The translations under genes were made by a program, and so were the position numbers. The notes under the pieces were generated by a model. That model had not been told where the DNA came from. It ran no database searches and saw only the letters and a program-made list of their open reading frames with translations. A stretch of DNA of 64,000 nt from Naegleria gruberi (taxonomy: Eukaryota): NCBI GenBank assembly GCA_000004985.1, contig GG738880.1. The stretch is one strand, 5' to 3'. Of this stretch, positions 34,304 to 44,443 are shown one piece after another (within the stretch, counting starts at the first letter, position 1; the number at the start of each line of letters is the position of its first letter).

Positions 34304-37121
34304 ATGCACTCACCAAATTCTTCAACGCTTTCCTCTTCATCAGCCATTCCCTCACCTTTACCTTCTTCCTCCAGCTCCTCTTCATCATCATTCTTCTCCT
34401 CCTCCAGCTCGGATTCCATCAAAGTCTGTGTCAGAGTACGTCCACTCAACGAAAAGGAAAGACTGAAAAACTCACAATCCGTCTGGCGAACCACCAATAA
34501 TACAACCATCTATAGTGTTTCATCACAAGTAAATAGCAATAATAATAATAATAGCAATGGTAATTCATCGAACAATAATAATAATATTGGTAGTAGTAGT
34601 GGTGGTAATTTAGGGATTAATTCAAATATGATGATTCCGATGGTTCCATCGAGTAGTGATGTTAGTTATACGTTCGATCATGTCTATGATCAGAATAGTA
34701 CTACAGATTGTATCTATAATGATATGTGTAAGCATATTGTGACCTCTTCTGTGAGAGGATATAATGGAACAATATTTGCCTATGGACAGACTTCATCTGG
34801 TAAAACATTTACGTAAGTACTTTCGATTCATAATAAGTTTCTGATAGATTAATAATGCTACTAAATTGTTCAAAAATTTGAATGTTTGTGAATATTTTGT
34901 GATTGTTAAATTCAGTATGAAGGGAACAAGAGAAATACATGGTATTATTCCACTCTCAATCAAGGATGTATTTACTACTATCAGTCAAACACAGAGTCGT
35001 AGATTTCAAATTAGAGTTTCGTATTTGGAAATTTACAATGAAGTCATTAAGGATTTATTGGATCCAGAAAATCAAAATTTAAAAATCAGAGAAGATTTTG
35101 TCAATGGAAAGGGAGTCTATGTTTCTGGAGCTAAAGAGGAAGAAGTAGCATGTATGGAAGACATGCTAAAACTCATGGAAAAGGGTGAGCATTATAGACA
35201 TTTTGGAAATACAGCCATGAATGATCAGAGCAGTCGATCCCACACCATATTTAGGATTATGATTGAGTCAATTGATGGTAGTATAGCAAAACAAATGGTC
35301 GAGGAAGAGGATTTTGATATCTATACAACAAATTCAGAAGTTCTCTTCTCAACATTGAATCTTGTGGATTTGGCTGGTTCTGAACGAGTTCTCTACACAC
35401 AGGCACAAGGAGATAGATTGAGAGAGGGTGGCCATATTAATAAGAGTTTACTCACTCTCGGTAATGTTATTGCCAAACTCAGTGAAGGAAATTCGAGCCA
35501 CATTCCATACAGAGATTCAAAACTCACAAGAATTCTCTCTAACTCTCTTGGAGGAAACTCAAAGACTGCCATCATTTGTACAATAACACCTGCCTCACAA
35601 CACTTTGAAGAAACTCACTCCACTCTCAAATTTGCCAACAGAGCAAAGAGCATCAATAATCAAGTTACAATCAATCAAATTATCAATGAAAAGGCCCTCC
35701 TCAAGAAGCTGAAACAGGAAAATCTCGATTGGAAAAACAAATTCCAAGAACGAGTTAATGGTATTGAGGATGAGTTACATAGATCAGAGAGGGAACGAGA
35801 TGAAATTGTAAAATCTTATGAAGAAAAGATTGCCCTCCTTCAAAAACAATTGGAAGAAAAGAATCAATTGGACGACACCATCTCCTCTCTCAGAAAAGCT
35901 CTCCTAGATAAGGAAAAAGATTTAGAATGGATTGAAACAGTGTCAAACAATGAAAAACAACTCTCGAGTCAATTAACACTCGAAAGAAATAGTCTCCAAC
36001 AAGAAGTTAAAAGACTTTCTGAAGAGCACTGCAATAATCTCTCCAAAGTCAAGGAAGATCATACCAAGGAAATTGAAAATCTCACTCTCCAACACAAGAC
36101 CAGTATGCAAGAATTGGTTTATCAACATGAGCTTGAAATACAGGAGCACAATCGAATGTTAACTCAACAACTCGAAGTAGACTACCAAGAGAAGCTGGAC
36201 TCTATTGTAGAAGATTTGAAATCAGAACATGAAAGAGAGAAGGAATCTCTCATCTCTGTTCATAGCCATGCCTTACAACAAGTTCAATCTTCTATCAGTG
36301 AAAGTGAAGCTTTAGAATTCCAAACAACCATTCAATCCCTTCAAGATAATATCAATGAGTTGATTTCAACAAAGGATGAATTAGAACTCAATTTGGATCA
36401 TTCCAGAAATCAAAATTCACTATTATCCAAAGAATATGAAACACTCTCCCATATGATAGAATCCCTTAAAGAACAAGTCGAAGAAAAAGACTCTATCATT
36501 TCAAATCACCAAGAGCAAATTGAGGAATACAAACGTACTTTGGAACGTGTCGATGAGGAATTGACACTTCTCAAAGAGCAACAAATTGATCAACTAGAAA
36601 TTGATCACCTCAAAGATACTGTGCAATCATTGACTGAAACTTTGGAAGAGAAAGATAAGGATATTGAAAAGTTACAATTTGATTGTGAAATGTACAAGTC
36701 AGCTGTTTCCAATCAAAATACAAATAACTTAGAAGAAATAGTTAACGAAAAGAATGCTCACATTTCAAAACTGGAACAAGAAGTAGAAATGAAAGAACGA
36801 ACATTTAAAGAGGAAATGGATGAAGCCATTGCCAGAATACGAGAACTTGAGCAAGAAAAGAATGCAATCATTGTTGGAACCACCTCTCAATTGGAACAAA
36901 TCAATAAGGTTACAGTGGATAATGAACGTCTCACCAAGGAAATTAAAGAGCTACGATCTAAAATAGAATATGGAAAGGCTAAATCCCAACAACTTATCGA
37001 GGAAAGAAAGAGAAAGGAAAATCCAAACCTCGTAGACCATCCGTACTATCCTAAAACTCCAAATTCTGACTTTAAAAAGCTCAAGATGGATGATGAAAAT
37101 AAGGAAAATAAATTTAATTAA
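34304..37121 (+). CDS. Kinesin with an N-terminal motor domain and a long coiled-coil stalk. Proposed exons: 34304..34812, 34916..37121.
   Basis: Exon 1 has a Ser-rich leader, then KVCVRVRPLNEKE...AYGQTSSGKTFT (the P-loop). A 103-nt intron (GTAAGT to TTCAG) joins it to MKGTREIHGIIPLS...SSRSHTIF...LVDLAGSER...HIPYRDSKLTRIL. About 450 residues of heptad-rich coiled coil follow. A poly-Asn insertion sits in a motor loop. Confidence 0.85.
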
Positions 37122-37271
37122 TTTTTAATTTTTAATTTTTATTGTTGTGTAAAGATAACCATCAATAAGATGAAATAAGTTTACATTTTGATTTTCATTA
37201 AACAAAACAACCCTATGGTTTTTATGATTTACAGTTTACCTAAAAATTAGTGATTTTATCTGGCCGAAGGC

Positions 37272-38219
37272 TTATTCGTCAGATTCTTCTTCATAGTAGT
37301 GAGTCAACCATTCACGGTGAGCAGCTTCCAATTTTTCAGATTGTGGGGTGGAAACACCAATTTCTTCCAATTCGTACAATCTTTCAATGAACTTGCTTCT
37401 TTGATACATCCAATCTCTCCAGTTTTGAACTTGGAAACGCAAAGTCAAACCCCAGAGAGTGAAACCAACCATCAATCCGACGAAGACCTTTGAACCCATC
37501 TTATTCTTCAAGAAACCATAGTGATAAGCAGTACCCTTTCTCTTTTGTTCAATGAGCTTCTTGGCGGCTTCTTCACCGAACAAAACAGCTTGGTTGCCTT
37601 GCAATTTAGCAGCCAAAGGCTTTTCGAATTGAATGGTCAAACCTTGCTTCAACCACAAATCACGGACCTTTGGATCATAGGCAGCAGCGTCTTGCCAACC
37701 ACCAATGACAGAGTCACCTCTACCAATAGTATTGTTGAAGAGTTCTGGTGGAATAGCCAAAACAACACCTCTTGGGTTAATATTAAGTTCCTTGCTAACA
37801 ACACCCCAATAACTATTTTCAACAGTCTTAGATGGATCCCATAAATCAGCTCTCAATTTGTTCAAAGCATCACGTGGGTTGGAGAAGTCAATATCAGTCT
37901 TTTCTTGAAGAACATCAATGATCTTGTGAATTTTATCTTGGATAGCTTGTTCATTGTGAACAGAGTATGGAGTAGCTTCCAAAGCAGCAGCGTTAGCAAA
38001 ACTAACAGTGTTATCAATGGTGGTGAGAGCGTTACCATCAACGTTGAAGGCAGCGAGTTGTTCGGCAATAACCTTGTCGACTGGCTTCAAAGAAGCTTCG
38101 TGCTTGGCGTATGATTCAGCACAAGCATAATCATCTTCAGTATTTCTGATGGCGTCTTCACCCTTGATTCTTCTTTCCTCTTCGTATCTGTTGAAAAGGT
38201 TGTAGAGTCTAGCGAACAT
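37272..38219 (-). CDS. Hypothetical protein with a single TM helix near the C-terminus; its codon usage suggests high expression
   Basis: A 315-codon ORF. Its codon usage is conspicuously biased (ttc, aag, ggt, gct, cca) compared with neighbouring genes. It has a TM segment (KVFVGLMVGFTLWGLTL) followed by an acidic tail. I could not assign a family; it may be an organellar membrane protein. Confidence 0.5.
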   Translation of the reverse strand: MFARLYNLFNRYEEERRIKGEDAIRNTEDDYACAESYAKHEASLKPVDKVIAEQLAAFNVDGNALTTIDNTVSFANAAALEATPYSVHNEQAIQDKIHKIIDVLQEKTDIDFSNPRDALNKLRADLWDPSKTVENSYWGVVSKELNINPRGVVLAIPPELFNNTIGRGDSVIGGWQDAAAYDPKVRDLWLKQGLTIQFEKPLAAKLQGNQAVLFGEEAAKKLIEQKRKGTAYHYGFLKNKMGSKVFVGLMVGFTLWGLTLRFQVQNWRDWMYQRSKFIERLYELEEIGVSTPQSEKLEAAHREWLTHYYEEESDE

Positions 38220-38677
38220 TTTTTGTATTTTTTTTCTTTCTTTGACCCAAAAAAGAAAAGCGTAGGCTTTAAGCGCATAAGTTGACTCTTACAACTGGCT
38301 TCTTGCTAGCGTTAAAAAAAGACCAAATTTAGACATGTTATAAAAATATTCTCCAGAAGGAACCTCAACAACATGTTGTCTAGCTCTTTATTATCATCAT
38401 TGCAGTGGTAGGATGACAATTTGCAATGATCTTTGAAGTTGTCATTTCACCATTGCTCCTTCACGGAAAGAATAATCAATTCGTCACACTTTAAAAATAA
38501 TTTAAATTGATGATGATAATGTTGGACTGTAATTTTCGGTCCTATTAAAAACAAATAGTCATTAGGATTTTAAATTTAAACACTATACTTTGGAATTATG
38601 ATTGTAATATTTTCTGATGGCACAATTTATGGATTTAATATTTTAATTAAATTATTTGATGGTGATGATGGAAATAT

Positions 38678-39988
38678 TTACACAAAATTAATGGTCACTG
38701 ATTTTTCAGCCTTCTCTATGGATTGTTCATATTCATTTAATTTTGGAAGGATGCTATTTCTTCTACTCTTGTTTCTTCTCATGGCATCGAGAGAATTTTC
38801 CGAATTTTCATCAAACAAGTCATCCTTCTTTGTTAGGATAAACATATTGATATAACTTTCTGCAATTTCTGGAGGTAGCCTCTTTCTGATATTTTCATTA
38901 GGAAATCGTAAGATTTGTTGTGAATCGATGGAGCTCCAAACAGATGTGTCTGACTGTTGAATCAGGTCTGATCTGTCACGTGCAGAATAAACCAGGAGTT
39001 TACCACCAGGTTTTAATATTCTTGCTGCCTGTGAGTAGAATCTCGATACATTGTCACAAATACTGAATCTGATGTCTTGCATGGAGCATGACATTGAATC
39101 ACTCAATGCCTTGTCAATTATGAGGTCAAATGATTCAGAATCGATAGCTCTCATAGTACAAGCATCCATGCAGTGGTCTGTGGAATTTTAAAATTGAATT
39201 TCAAAACTAGAATTACAAATTACTACTTACATTTGATGCAAGTTCCATATTTTTCATGTACCTTTCTCATTCTCTTAATAATTACCTCTGAATAGTCTGT
39301 ACAAATTATATTTTTAAATCCACTCAATACTAGCTGTTTCCCCAATTCTTTATAATTGATATTTCAATATTTAAAATATATATTTGTTAAATTTAAATAA
39401 TATTTTTAAATTATATGAATAAGATGATTAAAATCAAATTAAGAAAACAAACATACTCGAATTTCCACACCCTGGTATCATTATTTTCATATTATAATTC
39501 TTTAAATGTGGTAAAAGAGATTCTTTGAGCTGGGTAAAAGTCAAATGCCAATCATAGTACAATTCTGCAATTCTTTCTTCATATCTACAATTCCAATAAT
39601 CTCTTCCATTTCTGAATTGAAAACTCGAAAATAGATGAGCATTATACTTTTTCCTAATCTTTTTAAGATCAGCTTCTGATGGTTCCATGTGGGCCCATTC
39701 TCTTTCCTCCTGTTCCTTCACTTGTTTCTCATCCACAAGAGTAATGGGTTCTGTATAGTCGGGAGTTTTTGATCGTTTGTCAACAATTGATTCAATAGTA
39801 TCTGCTTGACTCAGAACAGAGACAGCCCTATTCGGGTTTGTTGCAATGATGAGAGGAGCACTGTGATCAGAGAGCTGTTGTTTTTCATCCGAAGTGTTGT
39901 TATCATTAGTAACATTATTATTCGATCCATCAACAGGAACATTATTGTCATCATCATCAGCAGGAGTGTTTGTGATAGTGGTAGACAT
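38678..39988 (-). CDS. SAM-dependent methyltransferase (METTL13/EFM-like class I MTase). Proposed exons: 39988..39457, 39347..39231, 39176..38678.
   Basis: Exon 1 ends ...YWNCRYEERIAELYYDWHLTF...IMIPGCGNS. Two short introns join it to KLGKQLVLSGFKNIICTDYSEVIIKRMRKVHEKYGTCIK and then YHCMDACTMRAIDSESFDLIIDKALSDSM. The pattern matches the METTL13 N-terminal methyltransferase domain (GCGNS...G...V...DYS...D......FD.V..K..LD). The phases are consistent across both introns. Confidence 0.6.
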
Positions 39989-40579
39989 TTGTTTGATAAA
40001 TTATAATTCGAAAATTACAGTAAAATTCGATGAAAGAAAGGACATATGAAGAGTACTCTATCTCCAAACATTTCCCAATATGCTTAATAACCTACCCTTG
40101 AATTGTTATTGTACAATCGAATGGGTTCCGTCGAATTGAAAGAAGACCTTCTCGATGATGCATTCGACCTTAATGGAGCAAGTGGCATTGTTAAACATCA
40201 ATGATCATTAACAAGAGAGAGTGAGTTAAAACGATCAAGAGGAAGTTTGTTTTTTCTTTGTTTTGAGAATTTGATATTTGGAAGACGCTCACACAGCTCA
40301 TCTACGACAGATCAGAACATGTATTGTGAAATTAACCATAAAATTTAAACAAGCCTCTTGGCTTTGCCTCAATAAGCTTGGGCAGAGAAATTTGCTTCCT
40401 TCGAAAAATATTTGAAGCTCCTCATATCAAATAAATATTGAAAATAAAAACATCATCAGCACAAGGCTTGAAAATATATTGTTTTTATTATCATCAAATA
40501 ATTTATTGAACAATAACATCATCATCGTTGATAACCTACCAACAACAACAATTAATAGTAGTAGTAAATAGACAACGGA

Positions 40580-42019
40580 ATGAGAGTAGTAACAGGAACA
40601 GACACTGGCCTTATGAAGGTTGTTGATGTGGTGAAAGGAGAAGTTTTAATAACCATTGGAGAACAAAAGAAAGGAAAAGGATTGAAAAAGATACAATGGG
40701 CTTCAGAAACCAATGATACTGAAGTTGTTTCACTCTACGATGATAGTCAAATTGATTTTTATTGGATTAGTACTGGACAACGTAGATTCTCCATGGTTTC
40801 ATCACTCAATAACATTCAAGGCATGTATTGTGAAACTACATCGGAAGATACAAGAAATGTTTATGTGTGTAATAATCAAGGAATGCTTCATATTTATAAT
40901 TTCCCAATTTCGAAATATAATCTAGTTCAACCATCTGATGATTTCTTGGCCAATCTCGAAAAGAATGAAGATGATGGTTTAGTGAATCAACAATTAGGTA
41001 GTGATGAAGATGATGACGGAGATGATGAAAAACCAAAGAAGAGACTCAATCCAACACTCGGATACAAAGTTACAGAAGATGCCCAAACACACAAAATTAC
41101 CATCGAACCAAAAGTCACAGAATTGAAATTAACAGGAGGAGATGTCAGTACAATGGTAGCTCAACGATTGGATTCCAAGAGACTGGAAATTGCAATTGCA
41201 GGAAAGGATAATTTAATGAAGATTTGGGATGTTGAAACACAAAAGTGTGTCTTTAAAGCAAAGAATGTTCCTCACGATCACTTGAATCTTAAACAACCAA
41301 TATGGGATAATGGTATTTGTTATTTGGGTAGTTCTCATCCAGATAGTGAAAGAATGGAAGCTATGGGAGATGCCTTTGGTAACTTGATTTGCAATAGAAC
41401 AGCCTACCATCAAGTTAGATATTTCGATAGAAGAGCTCAAGAACGACCAGTCCATCAATATTACTTTGAAGAACACAATTTCACAGCCATGTGTCCATCC
41501 ACTGTTAATGTTCATGAAGTGGTTGTAGGTACTGCCATTGGTAAAATGTTCAAGTACAACTTCCAAGAGAAGAAGAATAAGAAGATTAATGTCTATAGAA
41601 GAATTGCCGGAAGTGTCAGAGACATTAAATTCCATCCAAACAAGAAGGTTGTTTGTTGTGTTTCTGCCGATAGATATTTGAGAGTGTACGATCAAGAGTC
41701 GAGACAAATGTTGCACTCCTCCTACTTACTCCAAAGATTGAATTGTCTCTTACTGACCAAGGACAGGTATGTTAACAAGGATGACGAAGATGAGGAGAAT
41801 AGTGAAGACGATGACGGAATGTTTGGTATGAATATGAAACAAGTTTCCTACGAGGAAGATATTATTGATGAAGATGAGGACGAATCACCAGTTAGAGAAC
41901 AACCAAAGAAGAGAAAGCTCGCATCTTCCTCTCCATCAGGATCGAAAAAGACATCCTCCTCCGTAGTCAATAAGCTTGATGATATCAAGAATAGAATTAA
42001 AAAGTCCAAGTTGAAATAA
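40580..42019 (+). CDS. WD-repeat protein 74 / ribosome biogenesis protein Nsa1 homologue
   Basis: A single 479-codon ORF. The N-terminus (MRVVTGTDTGLMKVVDVV) resembles Nsa1. The central region aligns with human WDR74 (NLMKIWDVETQKCVFKAKNVPHDHLNLKQPIWDN...TAYHQVRYFDRRAQERPV...SVRDIKFHPNKKVV...YLLQRLNCLLLTKD). The C-terminal tail is acidic then basic. Confidence 0.7.
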   Translation: MRVVTGTDTGLMKVVDVVKGEVLITIGEQKKGKGLKKIQWASETNDTEVVSLYDDSQIDFYWISTGQRRFSMVSSLNNIQGMYCETTSEDTRNVYVCNNQGMLHIYNFPISKYNLVQPSDDFLANLEKNEDDGLVNQQLGSDEDDDGDDEKPKKRLNPTLGYKVTEDAQTHKITIEPKVTELKLTGGDVSTMVAQRLDSKRLEIAIAGKDNLMKIWDVETQKCVFKAKNVPHDHLNLKQPIWDNGICYLGSSHPDSERMEAMGDAFGNLICNRTAYHQVRYFDRRAQERPVHQYYFEEHNFTAMCPSTVNVHEVVVGTAIGKMFKYNFQEKKNKKINVYRRIAGSVRDIKFHPNKKVVCCVSADRYLRVYDQESRQMLHSSYLLQRLNCLLLTKDRYVNKDDEDEENSEDDDGMFGMNMKQVSYEEDIIDEDEDESPVREQPKKRKLASSSPSGSKKTSSSVVNKLDDIKNRIKKSKLK

Positions 42020-42154
42020 ATATTGCATGTTGAAAGGAAAGCTAGAGTTGTTTATTGTGCTCCAATTTTTTCGTTTTGGTTCGAATTGTTTGCTTTGCCA
42101 GAATGGAATTGTGGCTCGAAACTGTTGCAAGCGTGTGAAAGTGGATCCAATTAT

Positions 42155-42210
42155 TACCGTTACGCTTCTTTTGAGTTTACAAAAATTTTAATCTCGCTCT
42201 GTTACCGTTA
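42155..42210 (+). promoter_or_regulatory. Two copies of TACCGTTA (reverse complement TAACGG, a Myb/MSA-like core) 48 bp apart, 80-135 bp upstream of the histone H3 ATG
   Basis: The copies are at 42155-42162 and 42203-42210. A third, AACCGTTAC, lies at 63115-63123 upstream of alpha-tubulin. Any function is inferred only from the similarity to the YAACNG / AACGG consensus. Confidence 0.2.
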
Positions 42211-42291
42211 TGCGTTTTTAAAATAAAAACATCAAAAATTGCGCTTCAAGTGAAACAACAAATCAAAAAAAAATTCAAAACATCTAATACA

Positions 42292-42708
42292 ATGGCTAGA
42301 ACTAAGCAAACTGCTAGAAAGTCTACCGGTGGTAAAGCTCCAAGAAAACAATTGGCTTCAAAGGCTGCCAGAAAGTCTGCCAAACAACCATCAACTGGTG
42401 GTTTGAAGAAGCCACACAGATATAAGCCAGGTACCGTTGCTTTGAGAGAAATCAGAAAGTATCAAAAGTCTACTGAATTGTTGATCAGAAAGTTGCCATT
42501 CCAAAGATTGGTCAGAGAAATTGCTCAAGACTACAAGTCTGACTTGCGTTTCCAATCTAATGCTGTCTTGGCTCTCCAAGAAGCTTCCGAAGCTTATCTT
42601 GTTTCCCTCTTTGAAGATACTAACTTGTGTGCTATCCACGCCAAGAGAGTTACTATCATGCAAAAGGATATGCAATTGGCCAAGAGAATTAGAGGTGAAA
42701 GAACTTAA
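42292..42708 (+). CDS. Histone H3 (intronless, with a 2-residue insertion in the N-terminal tail)
   Basis: The sequence reads [138 protein letters not shown]. The ORF-track entry 42250.. begins at a GTG, so I used the first ATG at 42292. Confidence 0.92.
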   Translation: MARTKQTARKSTGGKAPRKQLASKAARKSAKQPSTGGLKKPHRYKPGTVALREIRKYQKSTELLIRKLPFQRLVREIAQDYKSDLRFQSNAVLALQEASEAYLVSLFEDTNLCAIHAKRVTIMQKDMQLAKRIRGERT

Positions 42709-42800
42709 ATTGATCCTCCGATTTAATCACATGAACAACAAAACACAAACCCTAGGCTGAAGTGAAAACTTCAATTTGTAAATTTATTAAAATTTGAAAA

Positions 42801-44102
42801 TTATTTAATTAATTTGTTATTTGATTTCTTCTTGTTCTTTGGAGTGAGAATGACTTGTTTTACTTCCGATTCAAATGTAAAGTTTGCAAGATATTTAGCA
42901 AGGGATGAATCTGATATTTCATCATTATTTCTTTTCTTTTGCATTTCAACAAAGGAGTAAAGCTTGTGCTCTATTGAGATATCCAAACACTTTTGCTTTC
43001 TCATCATTCTAATGGATGAAAGAATGGCACTTCTCCTAGTATGCTCAGTGAGGGTTGAGATGGAGAGAACAAAATCAAGCAAGCTAATGTCATCAGCGAC
43101 TGGCTCAAGGTCTTCAAAGTTGTTTCCAAAATCTGTGGAGAGCATCATGTTGTAATTCTGCAGAGATGGATGAATTGTCATGAGTTCCCACAATGCAGTA
43201 ATAGATGCAAATCTCAAATTTTCATCAGCCTCGTACATGACTGTCTTTTCCAAGAGTGGAATCATTTTGAAGGAATAACTCTCGCTCAACATGCCAATCA
43301 TTGTCAAGACATGAATGCATTGCAATTTGTGAGAAACCTCTTTAGATTCTTCCAATACTGTAATGATACATTCAATGAGTCTAATTCTTTCCTTTTGGTT
43401 GTTTGCCTCTTCATCATCAATTAGCTCATCATATTCGGACAGATTAAATTCAAACTCAAAGTTAACAATCCTATTGATATTCCTATCGATGATATTCTTA
43501 TTCAAAGTTTGAACCTCCAGAGCATCCTCTGATGATGTTCTCCCCAAAGTAAACACATCCTGAATGAGAATCTGAACCATCTCCCTCACAACAATCAATA
43601 TTGCCAAACTCTTATTCATCACTGATTTAAACCTAGCAAAACAATGACACAATATCAAATTCAATCCCTCAAGCATATTCTCCACATCTCTATTACAACA
43701 ATTGATGAATAATATTTCCAAGCACAAGGACAAGATCTTCCTCTCCCGAGCAGCAAGGCTAGTATTACAATTAATTTTCAAATTCAAATTGAATTGATAA
43801 TAATTGGAGAGGAGGGAATTCAAATCCAAGAACCTCTCCAGAATCAGCCTAACAATCTCTTCAATCTTCTCCTTCCCGACATGATGATTCCTATTCACCA
43901 TCAAAAAACCCTTCATCACCAAGAGTAAATTTTCAAAGAGGCTTGTTGAGTTTTCACCATCCCTAATACTTTCCCACATTTCTGCAATGGATTCGATGGA
44001 GCAATCAAAATAATCGAACAGCTTTTGAAAATCTTGCTTTTCAGTGTTGTATTCGCAAAATAAGGCTTGAAGGTAGAGTTTACCAAATCGTTGACTTTCC
44101 AT
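42801..44102 (-). CDS. Hypothetical alpha-helical-repeat (ARM/HEAT-like) protein
   Basis: A 433-codon ORF with coding-like codon usage and Leu-rich, helical-looking sequence throughout. I do not recognise a family. Confidence 0.45.
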   Translation of the reverse strand: MESQRFGKLYLQALFCEYNTEKQDFQKLFDYFDCSIESIAEMWESIRDGENSTSLFENLLLVMKGFLMVNRNHHVGKEKIEEIVRLILERFLDLNSLLSNYYQFNLNLKINCNTSLAARERKILSLCLEILFINCCNRDVENMLEGLNLILCHCFARFKSVMNKSLAILIVVREMVQILIQDVFTLGRTSSEDALEVQTLNKNIIDRNINRIVNFEFEFNLSEYDELIDDEEANNQKERIRLIECIITVLEESKEVSHKLQCIHVLTMIGMLSESYSFKMIPLLEKTVMYEADENLRFASITALWELMTIHPSLQNYNMMLSTDFGNNFEDLEPVADDISLLDFVLSISTLTEHTRRSAILSSIRMMRKQKCLDISIEHKLYSFVEMQKKRNNDEISDSSLAKYLANFTFESEVKQVILTPKNKKKSNNKLIK

Positions 44103-44443
44103 TTTTTTTAAATTTGAGAGAAAATTATGAATTGATTAAGGAAATTTGTTTTTGTTACAATGAAGGTTTTTGTTAAAGGTGGTTATAATGAAGAGATGAA
44201 ACTTTGTATGAAGAATTGTGAAAATACGAAACTTAACGAAATAGTGAATTTAATTTTTGAGATGAGCAAATTTAAGTTACTTTAGTATTAACCGTTTTCA
44301 TCATCTCATTGTATGATTAAGGGTGCTGTTCTTCCTTCTCAAACTTTCATTTTACAAATTAAGGAATTTCTTAAAAAGTAAAATTGGCGCCACATTGGTA
44401 ACCAATCTCAAAAATAACAGTTATAAATCCAAAGTCATAAAAA

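Noticed and set aside
34255-34509. An 84-codon minus-strand ORF antisense to the kinesin 5' end (EEEE / Ser-rich)
   Set aside because: It mirrors the Ser-rich leader of the kinesin gene on the opposite strand, and it lies within a confidently called coding exon.
38598-38855. An 85-codon plus-strand ORF overlapping the 3' exon of the methyltransferase gene
   Set aside because: It is antisense to a well-supported exon (MDACTMRAIDSESFDLIID...), so it is a shadow ORF.
42250-42291. An N-terminal 14-codon extension of histone H3 ([14 protein letters not shown]) given by the ORF track
   Set aside because: The track starts at a GTG codon, and eukaryotic initiation would use the ATG at 42292, which gives the canonical [10 protein letters not shown]-terminus. 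The same GTG/TTG artefact was corrected for several other genes.
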